Positions 9,285 through 21,172 of a stretch of DNA of 64,000 nucleotides are shown here, piece by piece (positions within the stretch are counted from its first letter, which is position 1; every line of letters begins with the position of its first letter). The notes under the pieces are model-generated. The model saw only the letters and a list, made by a program, of their open reading frames with translations. It had not been told where the DNA came from and ran no database searches. The position numbers were made by a program, and so were the translations under genes. Source of the stretch: Candidatus Binatia bacterium (GTDB lineage Bacteria > Desulfobacterota > Binatia > HRBIN30); contig JBBRSP010000009.1 in NCBI GenBank assembly GCA_038245295.1, forward strand, positions 128,001 through 192,000. The letters run 5' to 3'.

Positions 9285-9551
9285 TTACGTCAACGCCGAC
9301 AAGCGCAGCGAGCGCAGGCGCGCTCTCTTCTTGTTCTGGTGTGACTCCATGCGCCGCAGGATATCGTCCAGCACACTCAACGCTTCGACGAGGTGCGGCC
9401 CCTTTTCCAGCAGGAGAATATCCTCAGGCCGATGCACGACCGACAAGCCGATCATGGCGGCGTGTGCCGCCACGAAGGCGAGGTCCTCGATGTCTTTTTC
9501 GGTGAGTGCCGGGGATCTCGATGCCGCGGTGGACGCACTCGCCAAATCCAA
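9285..9551 (-). pseudogene. Collapsed pyruvate kinase remnant
   Basis: PALTEKDIEDLAFV....MIGLS.V.RPEDI (mid-PK) is fused directly to L.KGPHLVEALSVLDDILRRMESHQ.KK (PK C-terminus); the catalytic region between them is absent. Confidence 0.7.
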
Positions 9552-9723
9552 GGCACTGGTTGCTTCGACTCGTAAACAAAGAATTGAAGCAGAGCCTTAA
9601 ATCTCGTGTCACCCAACCGCGCACCGCCCAACCGCGTAACCGCCTCACCCGCGCCGTCCTCCGGAGCACCGTACTTCCCATAGACCGGGGGCTCCGGTAA
9701 CTGACCTTCAGGAGGGCACGGTA

Positions 9724-10191
9724 ATGCGGATCTGCTTCATCCAGGCGACGTGGCACAAGGAGATTGTCGATCAGTTGAAGGACTCGTTCGTCAGCGAGCT
9801 TGAACGGCTGAGCGGCGCAGTGCCGGAGATCGAGTTCGTCGAAGTGCCGGGGTCTCTCGAGTTGCCGTTGCAGGCCAAGCTCTTCGCCAAGAGCGGCCGC
9901 TTTGATGCGATCATCGTCGCCGGGTTGATCGTCGATGGTGGCATCTATCGCCATGAGTTCGTCGCCCACGCCGTGCTCGAAGGTATCATGGCGGCGCAGC
10001 TGCAAACCGAGACACCGATCCTGTCGGCGGTGCTGACACCGCAGGATTTCAGTAGCAGTGAACGCGAGCAGTTCTTTTACGATCACTTCCGTGTCAAAGG
10101 TCGCGAAACGGCCGCGGCCTGTGTCGGCGTGTTGCGCAATATGAGCCTGCATGCGCAGCGCTCGTTTGAGCAATCCGCCGCCACCGCTTGA
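9724..10191 (+). CDS. ribH: 6,7-dimethyl-8-ribityllumazine synthase, type II (RibH2-like)
   Basis: WHKEIV, VPGSLELP, type-II signature GGIYRHEFVA, KG.E.A.AC; RBS GGAGG. Confidence 0.9.
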   Translation: MRICFIQATWHKEIVDQLKDSFVSELERLSGAVPEIEFVEVPGSLELPLQAKLFAKSGRFDAIIVAGLIVDGGIYRHEFVAHAVLEGIMAAQLQTETPILSAVLTPQDFSSSEREQFFYDHFRVKGRETAAACVGVLRNMSLHAQRSFEQSAATA

Positions 10192-10244
10192 GATGTGATA
10201 GTGCGAGCGGCACTGCCGACTGTTGGCCCTGATGCAGAGAGCGA

Positions 10245-10553
10245 CCTCTCCCTCTCCCACTTCGAACGGAATGACAGTTGGTGGGAGAGGGTCGGGATGA
10301 GGGCCCGCAGCTGTGACCATATACGACCGCAGGCGCACCCTCACACGGCTTTGCACGTAAATTCGACGAGCAGCCAGCGCTCAGCTCACCGCAGGCTGAA
10401 GCCTGCGCCTACCACGCTGAATACGCTGGCGAATTGGAAACCGGTAGGCGCAGGCTTCAGCCTGCGGAGTCCTCCAAAGCGAATTGCCGTGCAAAGCCCC
10501 CTCACCTCAACCCTCTCCCAGATGCTTCAGTCCGATCGAGCTGGGAGAGGGAG
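10245..10553. repeat. Composite palindromic element: CCCTCTCCC-family unit with nested MITE-like REP doublet
   Basis: CCCTCTCCCAC..GTGGGAGAGGG left arm, CCCTCACCTCAACCCTCTCCCAG..CTGGGAGAGGG right arm, insert 10347-10498 between them. Confidence 0.75.
10347..10498. mobile_element. ~150-bp MITE/REPIN-like element with TIR GGCTTTGCAC...GTGCAAAGCC carrying an inverted GTAG-REP pair
   Basis: Perfect 10-bp terminal inverted repeat; REPs at 10390-10412 and 10444-10466; homologous element at 44420-44574. Confidence 0.65.
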
Positions 10554-10611
10554 TGCTGGCGCTCACTCGATTGACACACTCACCTTTGACCTACAACCGA
10601 ACGGAGGACTC

Positions 10612-11001
10612 ATGAAGGATCGCATCGGCCTGGCAACCAAGGTGGTGGCCATTGTCATCGCCCTCCGCAGCTTGATGAATCTGGCGAAGCCATTCGGTGC
10701 CGGCCGGCTCGTCTTCTTCGGCCACCTTTTGAGTGGCTGGCCCAACACGATCATCGCGCCGCTGTTGGGCATCTACATGCTGGTCCTGGTCTACGGGATG
10801 TGGACCAAGAAATCGTTCGCGCTGCCCATGAGCATCGCCTACGCAATCTTCGTCACACTCAACGTGCCGCTGTTTGTCGTCTTCGAAGGCATCCCGGCTC
10901 AGTTCAACGCCGCGCAATATGCTCTGTTCGGTATCCTCGGCATCGGCGGCGCCTGGCTGGCGCCGTGGCTCATCTCGCGGCAGCAATCAACCGCCGTGTA
11001 G
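10612..11001 (+). CDS. Small 4-TM membrane protein
   Basis: RBS GGAGG before ATG 10612 (MKDRIGL...); four hydrophobic segments. The upstream extension in the ORF track is repeat DNA. Confidence 0.75.
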   Translation: MKDRIGLATKVVAIVIALRSLMNLAKPFGAGRLVFFGHLLSGWPNTIIAPLLGIYMLVLVYGMWTKKSFALPMSIAYAIFVTLNVPLFVVFEGIPAQFNAAQYALFGILGIGGAWLAPWLISRQQSTAV

Positions 11002-11033
11002 GGCGGTTGGTTCGCGCACCAGGTGCGGGACTC

Positions 11034-11056
11034 CGCAGGCTGAAGCCTGCGCCCAC
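11034..11056 (-). repeat. GTAG-family REP (variant GTGG)
   Basis: CGCAGGCTGAAGCCTGCGCCCAC between convergent genes. Confidence 0.75.
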
Positions 11057-11086
11057 CGCCGCACTCTGCGAAGGACGAGAATTGCC

Positions 11087-11329
11087 CTACCGCGTCGCGG
11101 GAGCGACTTCGACCTCCTCCGGTTCGTCAGCGTCCGGCACGTCGACGTCGGGCACCGCATCGGCGGGAGGAACAGCCACGTCATCGCCACGCGCCGCATC
11201 GTCCACGGCCGAGCCCTGAACTTCAGACCCTTCCTTGGCCGGCACCTGTTGAGTGTCAGGGTCGGCGACGGCACGGCCCACCATTACGGCCAGGAAGGTC
11301 GCGAACAAAATTGCGGGGATCGATCGCAT
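11087..11329 (-). CDS. Small secreted acidic protein
   Basis: RBS GAGGAG, signal peptide MRSIPAILFATFLAVMVGRAVA, D/E/P-rich mature part. Confidence 0.6.
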   Translation of the reverse strand: MRSIPAILFATFLAVMVGRAVADPDTQQVPAKEGSEVQGSAVDDAARGDDVAVPPADAVPDVDVPDADEPEEVEVAPATR

Positions 11330-11668
11330 CGGCTCCTCACTGTTCTGCGGCCCGATGCTGCATCGCACGACCGCCACGTTACGTCTCTCGAGTCGGGGCC
11401 TGCCTTCGGCATCCCTCTGCAAGCTCTGATGCCACGCGACGGTCGTTTGGTCTAGCGACTTTCCACGCACAAGGCCCAGACGCGGGCCCGGAGATACCCG
11501 TCCCTGGCACGTGTATCTCCCGCATTGCTGCACGGCGCCATGAGGTTCATTCTGCAGTCACGGAAGAAAGAACACTGTGAGGCGAGCGCGGCTGCTCGGC
11601 ATAACGTCGGGTCCGGGGTACAGGGTGCGGTCGAGCCCGCTCTTGGGGCGAACGTCCCTCAGGACTGG

Positions 11669-11842
11669 CTACTTGGGAGCGGTTGCTTCGGCGACAGCGG
11701 GCGAAACCTTCTTCAGCTTGGCGAGAAGCTTCTGACGTTCGCTGGTGGTCTTGGCGTTGGCGTACTTGGTGCGAATCTTTGCCAGGGTATCGCGGCGTTT
11801 GCGGCGGCGGCGGATGGTAGCTGAGCGTTCGGAACGGGCCAT
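11669..11842 (-). CDS. 57-aa basic protein (DUF6800-like) immediately downstream of atpC
   Basis: Below the ORF-track cutoff. RBS GAGGAG, MARSERSATIRRRRKRRDTLAKIRTKYANAKTTSERQKLLAKLKKVSPAVAEATAPK*. Confidence 0.7.
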   Translation of the reverse strand: MARSERSATIRRRRKRRDTLAKIRTKYANAKTTSERQKLLAKLKKVSPAVAEATAPK

Positions 11843-11873
11843 TGTTTGATTCTCCTCTTGAGATCAGAAGCGT

Positions 11874-12275
11874 TTAGCGTGCTGCCTCGAGTCGGGCCTG
11901 GGCCCAGCGTCGACTGGCTTCCGCAGCGGCATACGCTTCGTCCGCTACAGCACCGGGCTGTGTCTTGGCTTCGGCGGCCTGCAACTCGGCGCGCACGGCG
12001 GTTTGATCCACCGCCTCGCCGGCGACGGCATCGTCGGCCAGAACACTCATGACATTGTCCAAAACTTCGGCAAAGCCGTTGCGGATCGCGACCTTCTTCA
12101 CACCGCGATCGGTCTTGTAGGTCAACACACCGATTTCGAGCGACGACAGCAGCCCGATGTGGTCGGGCAACACGCCAAACTCGCCGACTGTCCCGGGAGC
12201 GGTCACCTCACGCACTTGCTCGTCGAGCAATTGTGCCTTGGGTGTGACGATGCGGAGTTGAAAACTGCTGGCCAT
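11874..12275 (-). CDS. atpC: ATP synthase F1 epsilon subunit
   Basis: IVTP...PGTVGEFGVLPDH, GFAEV; position after atpD. Confidence 0.95.
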   Translation of the reverse strand: MASSFQLRIVTPKAQLLDEQVREVTAPGTVGEFGVLPDHIGLLSSLEIGVLTYKTDRGVKKVAIRNGFAEVLDNVMSVLADDAVAGEAVDQTAVRAELQAAEAKTQPGAVADEAYAAAEASRRWAQARLEAAR

Positions 12276-12286
12276 TCGATCTCCGC

Positions 12287-14592
<2,306 letters not shown>

Positions 14593-14613
14593 GGTTGTGC
14601 CGTCCGCTCCGCT

Positions 14614-16122
<1,509 letters not shown>

Positions 16123-16138
16123 TGGTGCGAATTCCTTC

Positions 16139-16681
16139 CTAGAGTGAGGCGGTTCCGGCGAGCTCGGCGGCGAGTCGGTTCAACTGGGTTCGAATGCTGC
16201 CGTCGTATACTTTGCCGGCTGCCTCGACGACGACGCCGCCCAGCAGGGCAGGATCAATTACAACGCTGGGAAGCACCTGCTTACCGGTGAGCGTGCTGAA
16301 TTTGGAGACAATCTCGGCTTGTTGCGCTTCGTCCAGCGGCATCGACGTGCGAATCGTGATGCGTACGCGGCTCATGGCGCTATCGATCATGCGTCCGAAC
16401 TGCTCGTTGATCGCGGCGAGCGAGCCGAGACGCTTCTGGTCGGCGAGGAAACGTAGGAAACGAGTCAGCAGGTCGGATAGCCCAAGCTCGGTCGCCAGAG
16501 TCTGGGCCAGACCGGAACGTTGGGCCGGCGACAAGAGCGGGCTCACCATGACGCGATCGACACTCGGATCCAGCGCCACGGCGGTAAGCCGATCCAATTG
16601 TTCAGCGACGGCCTCGAGAGTATTGCTCTCCTGCGCCAATTCAAAAAGGGCCTTGGCGTAACGACGTGCGACGGCGCTCAC
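16139..16681 (-). CDS. atpH: ATP synthase delta subunit
   Basis: [21 protein letters not shown]. Confidence 0.95.
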   Translation of the reverse strand: MSAVARRYAKALFELAQESNTLEAVAEQLDRLTAVALDPSVDRVMVSPLLSPAQRSGLAQTLATELGLSDLLTRFLRFLADQKRLGSLAAINEQFGRMIDSAMSRVRITIRTSMPLDEAQQAEIVSKFSTLTGKQVLPSVVIDPALLGGVVVEAAGKVYDGSIRTQLNRLAAELAGTASL

Positions 16682-17262
16682 GATTCCACCTGCTTCAAGA
16701 ACTCGGTCACCGAGCGTTGTTGGTCGCCGTTGTTCCAGCCGCTCTTGACCGTTGTCTCGGCGATCTGGATCGCTTCGCGGACCAAGTCCCCGCGTAGTTG
16801 CTGCTGCACGCGTCGGACCTCGGCGGTGGCGGCGCGTTCCGCGTCACGCCGAATCGATTCGGCCGTGGTTTGAGCGGCGCTGAGAATGCGGTCGCGTTCA
16901 CGTTCCGCGTCCTGCTTCGCGGCAACCCGCAGGGCATCGATCTCGCTTTGCAAATTGGCCAGCCGCCGTTGCCATTCGGCCTTGGCCTTCTCGGCTTCGG
17001 CCTTCGCCTCGGCGGCCTCCTGCATGGTTTTTACGATTTGATCGCGGCGATCCGCCACGGCTTGCTTGACCCCAGGCCACACCTTGCGGGCTATCAGCAG
17101 CGCAAAGAGACAGAAGTTGATGGCGGAGAAAAGCAGTGTAGCCCACGGGATACCGTGCTCGTCGTGGCGCCCTTCGGCGTGGCCTTCCTCGGCGAAGGCC
17201 CGCGCCACATCCGCAATGGTCAGGGTGAATGCGATTGCAGCGGCCTGCCACCGAGCCTTCAT
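16678..17262 (-). CDS. atpF: ATP synthase F0 subunit b
   Basis: INF..F.LL TM helix followed by charged coiled coil; position before atpH. Confidence 0.88.
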   Translation of the reverse strand: MKARWQAAAIAFTLTIADVARAFAEEGHAEGRHDEHGIPWATLLFSAINFCLFALLIARKVWPGVKQAVADRRDQIVKTMQEAAEAKAEAEKAKAEWQRRLANLQSEIDALRVAAKQDAERERDRILSAAQTTAESIRRDAERAATAEVRRVQQQLRGDLVREAIQIAETTVKSGWNNGDQQRSVTEFLKQVES

Positions 17263-17693
17263 GCCAGCGACCTCCCGACAACACGATCCACGACCTGCGC
17301 CGCCAGGGTGCGCGCTTCGACACCGATGCCGTCGCGACTGGCCGCCGTTTGGCGAGTCAAGTTGTCACGCAATTGGGCGAGCTGCGCCGAAGCCTGCTGG
17401 CGCGCCCCGGTCAGTACGGCCTGCTCCGATTTCTCGGTAGCGTCGCGTGCCGCCTGGGCCTCGCCGGCCAACATGTCGCGAACTTCCTTCATCTTACGAT
17501 CGTAGTCGGCAGCGGTCAGAGCTGCGGCCGCCTGCATCTCGTCGGCCGAATGTTTGGCGCCGATCGTGCGCGCTTCGCGCTGCTCGATCAGCTTCAACAT
17601 CGGATCCCACAGGATGGCCTTCAGGACCAACCACAGGATGAAGAAGGAGATGACCTGAATGACAAATGAAAAATCAGGAGGGAACGCCAACAT
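17259..17693 (-). CDS. atpF: ATP synthase F0 subunit b'
   Basis: IQVISFFILWLVLKAILWDP...EQRE; second b-type subunit. Confidence 0.85.
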   Translation of the reverse strand: MLAFPPDFSFVIQVISFFILWLVLKAILWDPMLKLIEQREARTIGAKHSADEMQAAAALTAADYDRKMKEVRDMLAGEAQAARDATEKSEQAVLTGARQQASAQLAQLRDNLTRQTAASRDGIGVEARTLAAQVVDRVVGRSLA

Positions 17694-17869
17694 GCGCTTT
17701 TTCTTCTCTCCGCCCTAACTGAACCGTGCGGCTCCCACCCGTCGCATACATGCGCCTCGTTGCCATCTGCCTGGCAATTCCGTCGAGGCCACTTGCTGCG
17801 CGGCTCCCGTGTGCCCGGACGATCCCGGCCACACCAAATCACTCAAAGTTTGCTGACGGCCCGCCGATG

Positions 17870-18373
17870 TTACTGCTTCGGACCAGCCCCGCCTGCCGCC
17901 ACACGATCCCCTTGCGGGAACTGCGCGACTTTTTGATTCGACTTGCTATCGCCAGCCGAACCCATCGAACAATGACCTTCGAAGGTCACGCCCTCGTGAA
18001 TCACCAGACTCGGTGTCGTGATATTCCCGGTCAGTTTCCCCGGAGCGCGTAGTTCAACGCGCTTACGAGCCACGACATCGCCTTGCAGCTTGCCCGTCAG
18101 GATCACGGTGCCAGCGGTGATTTGAGCTTTCACGACCGCGGTTTCACCAATGATCACCGCGTCTTGGGCCTGGATTTCACCCTCTACCTGCCCATCAATA
18201 CGCACGCTGCCCTCGAAGGACAGCTTCCCTTCGACACGACTGCCTTTGCCAAGGTGCGCCTGCACACTTGGTTCGTTAGACACCGGCTCACCCGGTAGCA
18301 CGGGCGAGTTGATGAACGCCGGCCGCGCATCCTCGGGACGTTGCGGTTTATCGTCCTTTCCGAACAAGGCCAT
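17870..18373 (-). CDS. Bactofilin (polymer-forming cytoskeletal protein)
   Basis: LGKGSRVEGKLSFEGSVRIDG.VEG...GVTFEGHCSM beta-helix pattern. Confidence 0.92.
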   Translation of the reverse strand: MALFGKDDKPQRPEDARPAFINSPVLPGEPVSNEPSVQAHLGKGSRVEGKLSFEGSVRIDGQVEGEIQAQDAVIIGETAVVKAQITAGTVILTGKLQGDVVARKRVELRAPGKLTGNITTPSLVIHEGVTFEGHCSMGSAGDSKSNQKVAQFPQGDRVAAGGAGPKQ

Positions 18374-18531
18374 AGTGGTCGTCTCCCGTGAGGTGGAGTT
18401 ACAACGGCGGCGTCATAACACCCGATCTTTTTGTTGTAAACAGAATGTGGGCGGGTTTTACTCCACCCGACTTTCACCGCGGTCCTATCGGCAACACCCT
18501 CCCTCGATTGGATTCTCGACGCTTCTTGCCA

Positions 18532-19389
18532 TCAGAGTTTGCTCAACTGCTCGATCAATCCGTTCAACTGATCAAGCGAGTAGTAATCGATCTCGATCTT
18601 GCCGGCGCCGTTGCGTCGCGTGTTGATCCGCACCTTGGTCCCGAGGCTCTCCGTAAGCCGGCGCTCACAAGCCTGCGCTTCGATGTCAGGTTCGACGTTG
18701 CGCTTTACTTTCGCCATCTGTTCGGCCTGGCGCACGGTTAGGCGCTTGCGGATGATCTCGCGCGCCATTTCGATCTTGGCTTCTTCGGCCTCGAGCAGGA
18801 TCAAGGCGCGGGCGTGCCCGGCCGAGAGCGTCCCCGCTTCGATCGCCCGACGTACCTCTTCCGGAAGCGACAACAGCCGCAAGGTATTGGCAATGGTCGA
18901 GCGATCTTTGCTTACCCGATCGGCGATCTGCTGTTGGGTCAGACTGAACTCGTCGAGCAGGCGACTGTAGGCAACTGCCTCTTCCATCGGGTTGAGATCT
19001 TCGCGCTGGATATTTTCGATCAGCGCCAACTCGAGCATCTCGGTATCGTCGACATCGCGCACGACCACCGGCGCCTGCTCGATACCGGCTGAGAGCGCCG
19101 CTCGGAACCGACGCTCACCGGCGATGAGCTGGTACGATCCATTGTGCGGTCGAACCAGGAGAGGCTGTAGGATCCCCTTTTCAAGAATCGACGCCGCCAG
19201 CTCGGCAATCGCCTCGGGGGCGAAGATCCGCCGTGGCTGCTTCGGATTGGGATGAATCGACGACAAAGGAAGCACCGTCGTCGGTACCGGAACCTTAACC
19301 GTCACGGCGGGCTCGGCGTCGACGTTGGTCGGGATAAGCGCTCCCAACCCACGCCCCAGCGCCCTGCGCTTGGCCGATGCTTCCATCAA
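18532..19389 (-). CDS. parB: Chromosome partitioning protein ParB/Spo0J
   Basis: LGRGL.AL, QPR, GERRFRA, ENIQREDL, HTH. Confidence 0.97.
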   Translation of the reverse strand: MMEASAKRRALGRGLGALIPTNVDAEPAVTVKVPVPTTVLPLSSIHPNPKQPRRIFAPEAIAELAASILEKGILQPLLVRPHNGSYQLIAGERRFRAALSAGIEQAPVVVRDVDDTEMLELALIENIQREDLNPMEEAVAYSRLLDEFSLTQQQIADRVSKDRSTIANTLRLLSLPEEVRRAIEAGTLSAGHARALILLEAEEAKIEMAREIIRKRLTVRQAEQMAKVKRNVEPDIEAQACERRLTESLGTKVRINTRRNGAGKIEIDYYSLDQLNGLIEQLSKL

Positions 19390-20264
19390 CCGCCTCCTTC
19401 TTCTTCCGACGCACTCGGCGCGATCACATCCGCCACCACAGCAGGGTCAATCCCTTCGGGTGCGGATTGGGTTCGATGGGCAGCCTCTGCTTCGCTCGCC
19501 AGCCCGCGCCGCTGCAGCAACTCGCGCGCCACGGCTTGGTAGGCTTCCGCTCCGCGCGACGTCGGATCGTAGACAACTGCCGGCAACCCGTGACTCGGCG
19601 CCTCGCTCAGCCGCACGTTGCGCGGCACAATCGTTTCAAACACTTCTTTGGCGAAATGCTGTCGCACCTCGTCGGCCACCTGGTGCGACAGGCTGTTGCG
19701 CGTATCGAACATCGTCAGGACCAGGCCTTCGATCGACAACTGGGGGTTGAGACGCTTGCGAATCAACTCAATCGTCTGCATCAGCGCGCTCAAACCCTCC
19801 AGCGCGTAGTACTCACACTGCAACGGCACAAGCACCGAATCCGCCGCAGTCAGGCCGTTCAGGGTCAAAAGTCCCAGGGACGGCGGGCAATCAATCAAAA
19901 TGAAGTCGAAATTGTCTCGCACCTTCGCCAAGGCCTCCGCCAAGCGGTGCTCACGCGCCAAAAGTGGCACAAGCTCGATCTCGGCGCCGATGAGATCACG
20001 ATTGGCGGGCAGGACAGATAGGTTCTCGACCGAGGATGCCAGTGCAACCTCGGCAACGGATCGCTCACCAAGCAAAACATCGTAAACCGAGGTCGACACC
20101 GAACTCATAGGGATTCCGACGCCGCTCGTCGCGCTGCCTTGTGGGTCGGAATCGATCAAGAGCGTCTTGTGCCCCAGCAGAGCCAGGGCCGCGGACAGAT
20201 TGATCGCCGTCGTCGTCTTCCCGACGCCGCCTTTCTGATTGGCTATACAGATGATGCGACCCAC
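19386..20264 (-). CDS. parA: Chromosome partitioning ATPase ParA/Soj
   Basis: NQKGGVGKTT, DPQG, DCPPSLG, PRNVRLSEAPS. Confidence 0.97.
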   Translation of the reverse strand: MGRIICIANQKGGVGKTTTAINLSAALALLGHKTLLIDSDPQGSATSGVGIPMSSVSTSVYDVLLGERSVAEVALASSVENLSVLPANRDLIGAEIELVPLLAREHRLAEALAKVRDNFDFILIDCPPSLGLLTLNGLTAADSVLVPLQCEYYALEGLSALMQTIELIRKRLNPQLSIEGLVLTMFDTRNSLSHQVADEVRQHFAKEVFETIVPRNVRLSEAPSHGLPAVVYDPTSRGAEAYQAVARELLQRRGLASEAEAAHRTQSAPEGIDPAVVADVIAPSASEEEGGG

Positions 20265-20328
20265 GTGTTCCCCACTGCGTGATTAAAGGTCCGTCGGTCT
20301 TAGCACAGCGCCATCGGCAAGCGGAAGG

Positions 20329-20344
20329 TGTTTCACGTGAAACA
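20329..20344. promoter_or_regulatory. parS: parS centromere site 1
   Basis: Perfect palindrome TGTTTCACGTGAAACA upstream of parA. Confidence 0.93.
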
Positions 20345-20390
20345 CAGTCATCGGAGCAGCGGTCGCCCGGATTTGATCAAAGGGGTGATC

Positions 20391-20497
20391 GCTTGAAACT
20401 GCGCAAACACCGCCGTCATACCGGCGAAAGCCGGTATCTCGCCAGATGACGTTGCTCCACTTTGGTTTTACGACAGACTCCTTCGCCGGCATGACGG
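20391..20497. repeat. RPE/RIME-like palindromic element between the two parS sites
   Basis: CGTCATACCGGCGAAAGCCGGTATCTC...CTTCGCCGGCATGACG; near-identical blocks at 29844-29990. Confidence 0.8.
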
Positions 20498-20506
20498 AGT
20501 GAATAA

Positions 20507-20522
20507 TGTTTCACGTGAAACA
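20507..20522. promoter_or_regulatory. parS: parS centromere site 2
   Basis: Perfect palindrome TGTTTCACGTGAAACA just downstream of rsmG. Confidence 0.93.
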
Positions 20523-20536
20523 CTCGGCCGTACGGC

Positions 20537-21172
20537 TCAGTCGAACCGGAAGACGAGGAGCACACGCGAACGTTCTGCCGGCAACTCATACTCCCGGCGC
20601 TCGATCAACGTGAACCGGAGCGCGGGATCCACCTTTGGCTCGGCCTCACTCGGTCCCTTCATCGCGATGACAATCCCGCCAGGAGTCAGGAGCGGTCGCG
20701 CCAACCGCAACAGGGTCGATGTCTCCGCCAGGGCGCGCGCCGTGACGACGGTCGCTTTCACCTCCGGTTGATGATCTTCGGCGCGTCCCTCGAAAACGCT
20801 GGTGTTGACGAGTTCGGCGCGGCGCGACACCTCACGGAGGAAGTTGGCCTTCTTGCGACGCGACTCGATCATCGTCACGCGACAGTCGGGGCGAACGATC
20901 GCCAGGGGGATGGCGGGAAAGCCTGCACCGCTTCCAAGATCAATGATCGTTGCGTTCGGCGAGATGAGGGGGACCACGTGCAGGCTATCGAAAGCGTGAC
21001 GCTCGACCAGATCGCGCGGCGTCGCCGTCGACACGAGCGATACGGTGCGGTTCCACAGGACGAGAAGATCGAAGTAGGTCGAGAAGCGCGAGCGAGCGAG
21101 CGGAGTCAGTTCAACCTGAACCGACGCGCCAAGACGCTCCAGATGTGTGAGCTCGCCATCATCGAACGGCAT
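20537..21172 (-). CDS. rsmG: 16S rRNA m7G527 methyltransferase
   Basis: RH..DSL, DLGSGAGFP.IPLAI, ES..KK..FL, ARA; follows mnmG. Confidence 0.95.
   Translation of the reverse strand: MPFDDGELTHLERLGASVQVELTPLARSRFSTYFDLLVLWNRTVSLVSTATPRDLVERHAFDSLHVVPLISPNATIIDLGSGAGFPAIPLAIVRPDCRVTMIESRRKKANFLREVSRRAELVNTSVFEGRAEDHQPEVKATVVTARALAETSTLLRLARPLLTPGGIVIAMKGPSEAEPKVDPALRFTLIERREYELPAERSRVLLVFRFD

Noticed and set aside
10195..10611. N-terminal extensions in ORF track (10195.., 30928..31329, 54148.., 55269.., 60198..)
   Set aside because: They run through repeat DNA or overlap neighbouring genes; downstream starts with an RBS or stop-start coupling fit better.
11418..11434. sigma54 promoter on minus strand (TGGCATCAGAGCTTGCA)
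   Set aside because: Spacing is GG-N11-GC rather than the required GG-N10-GC.
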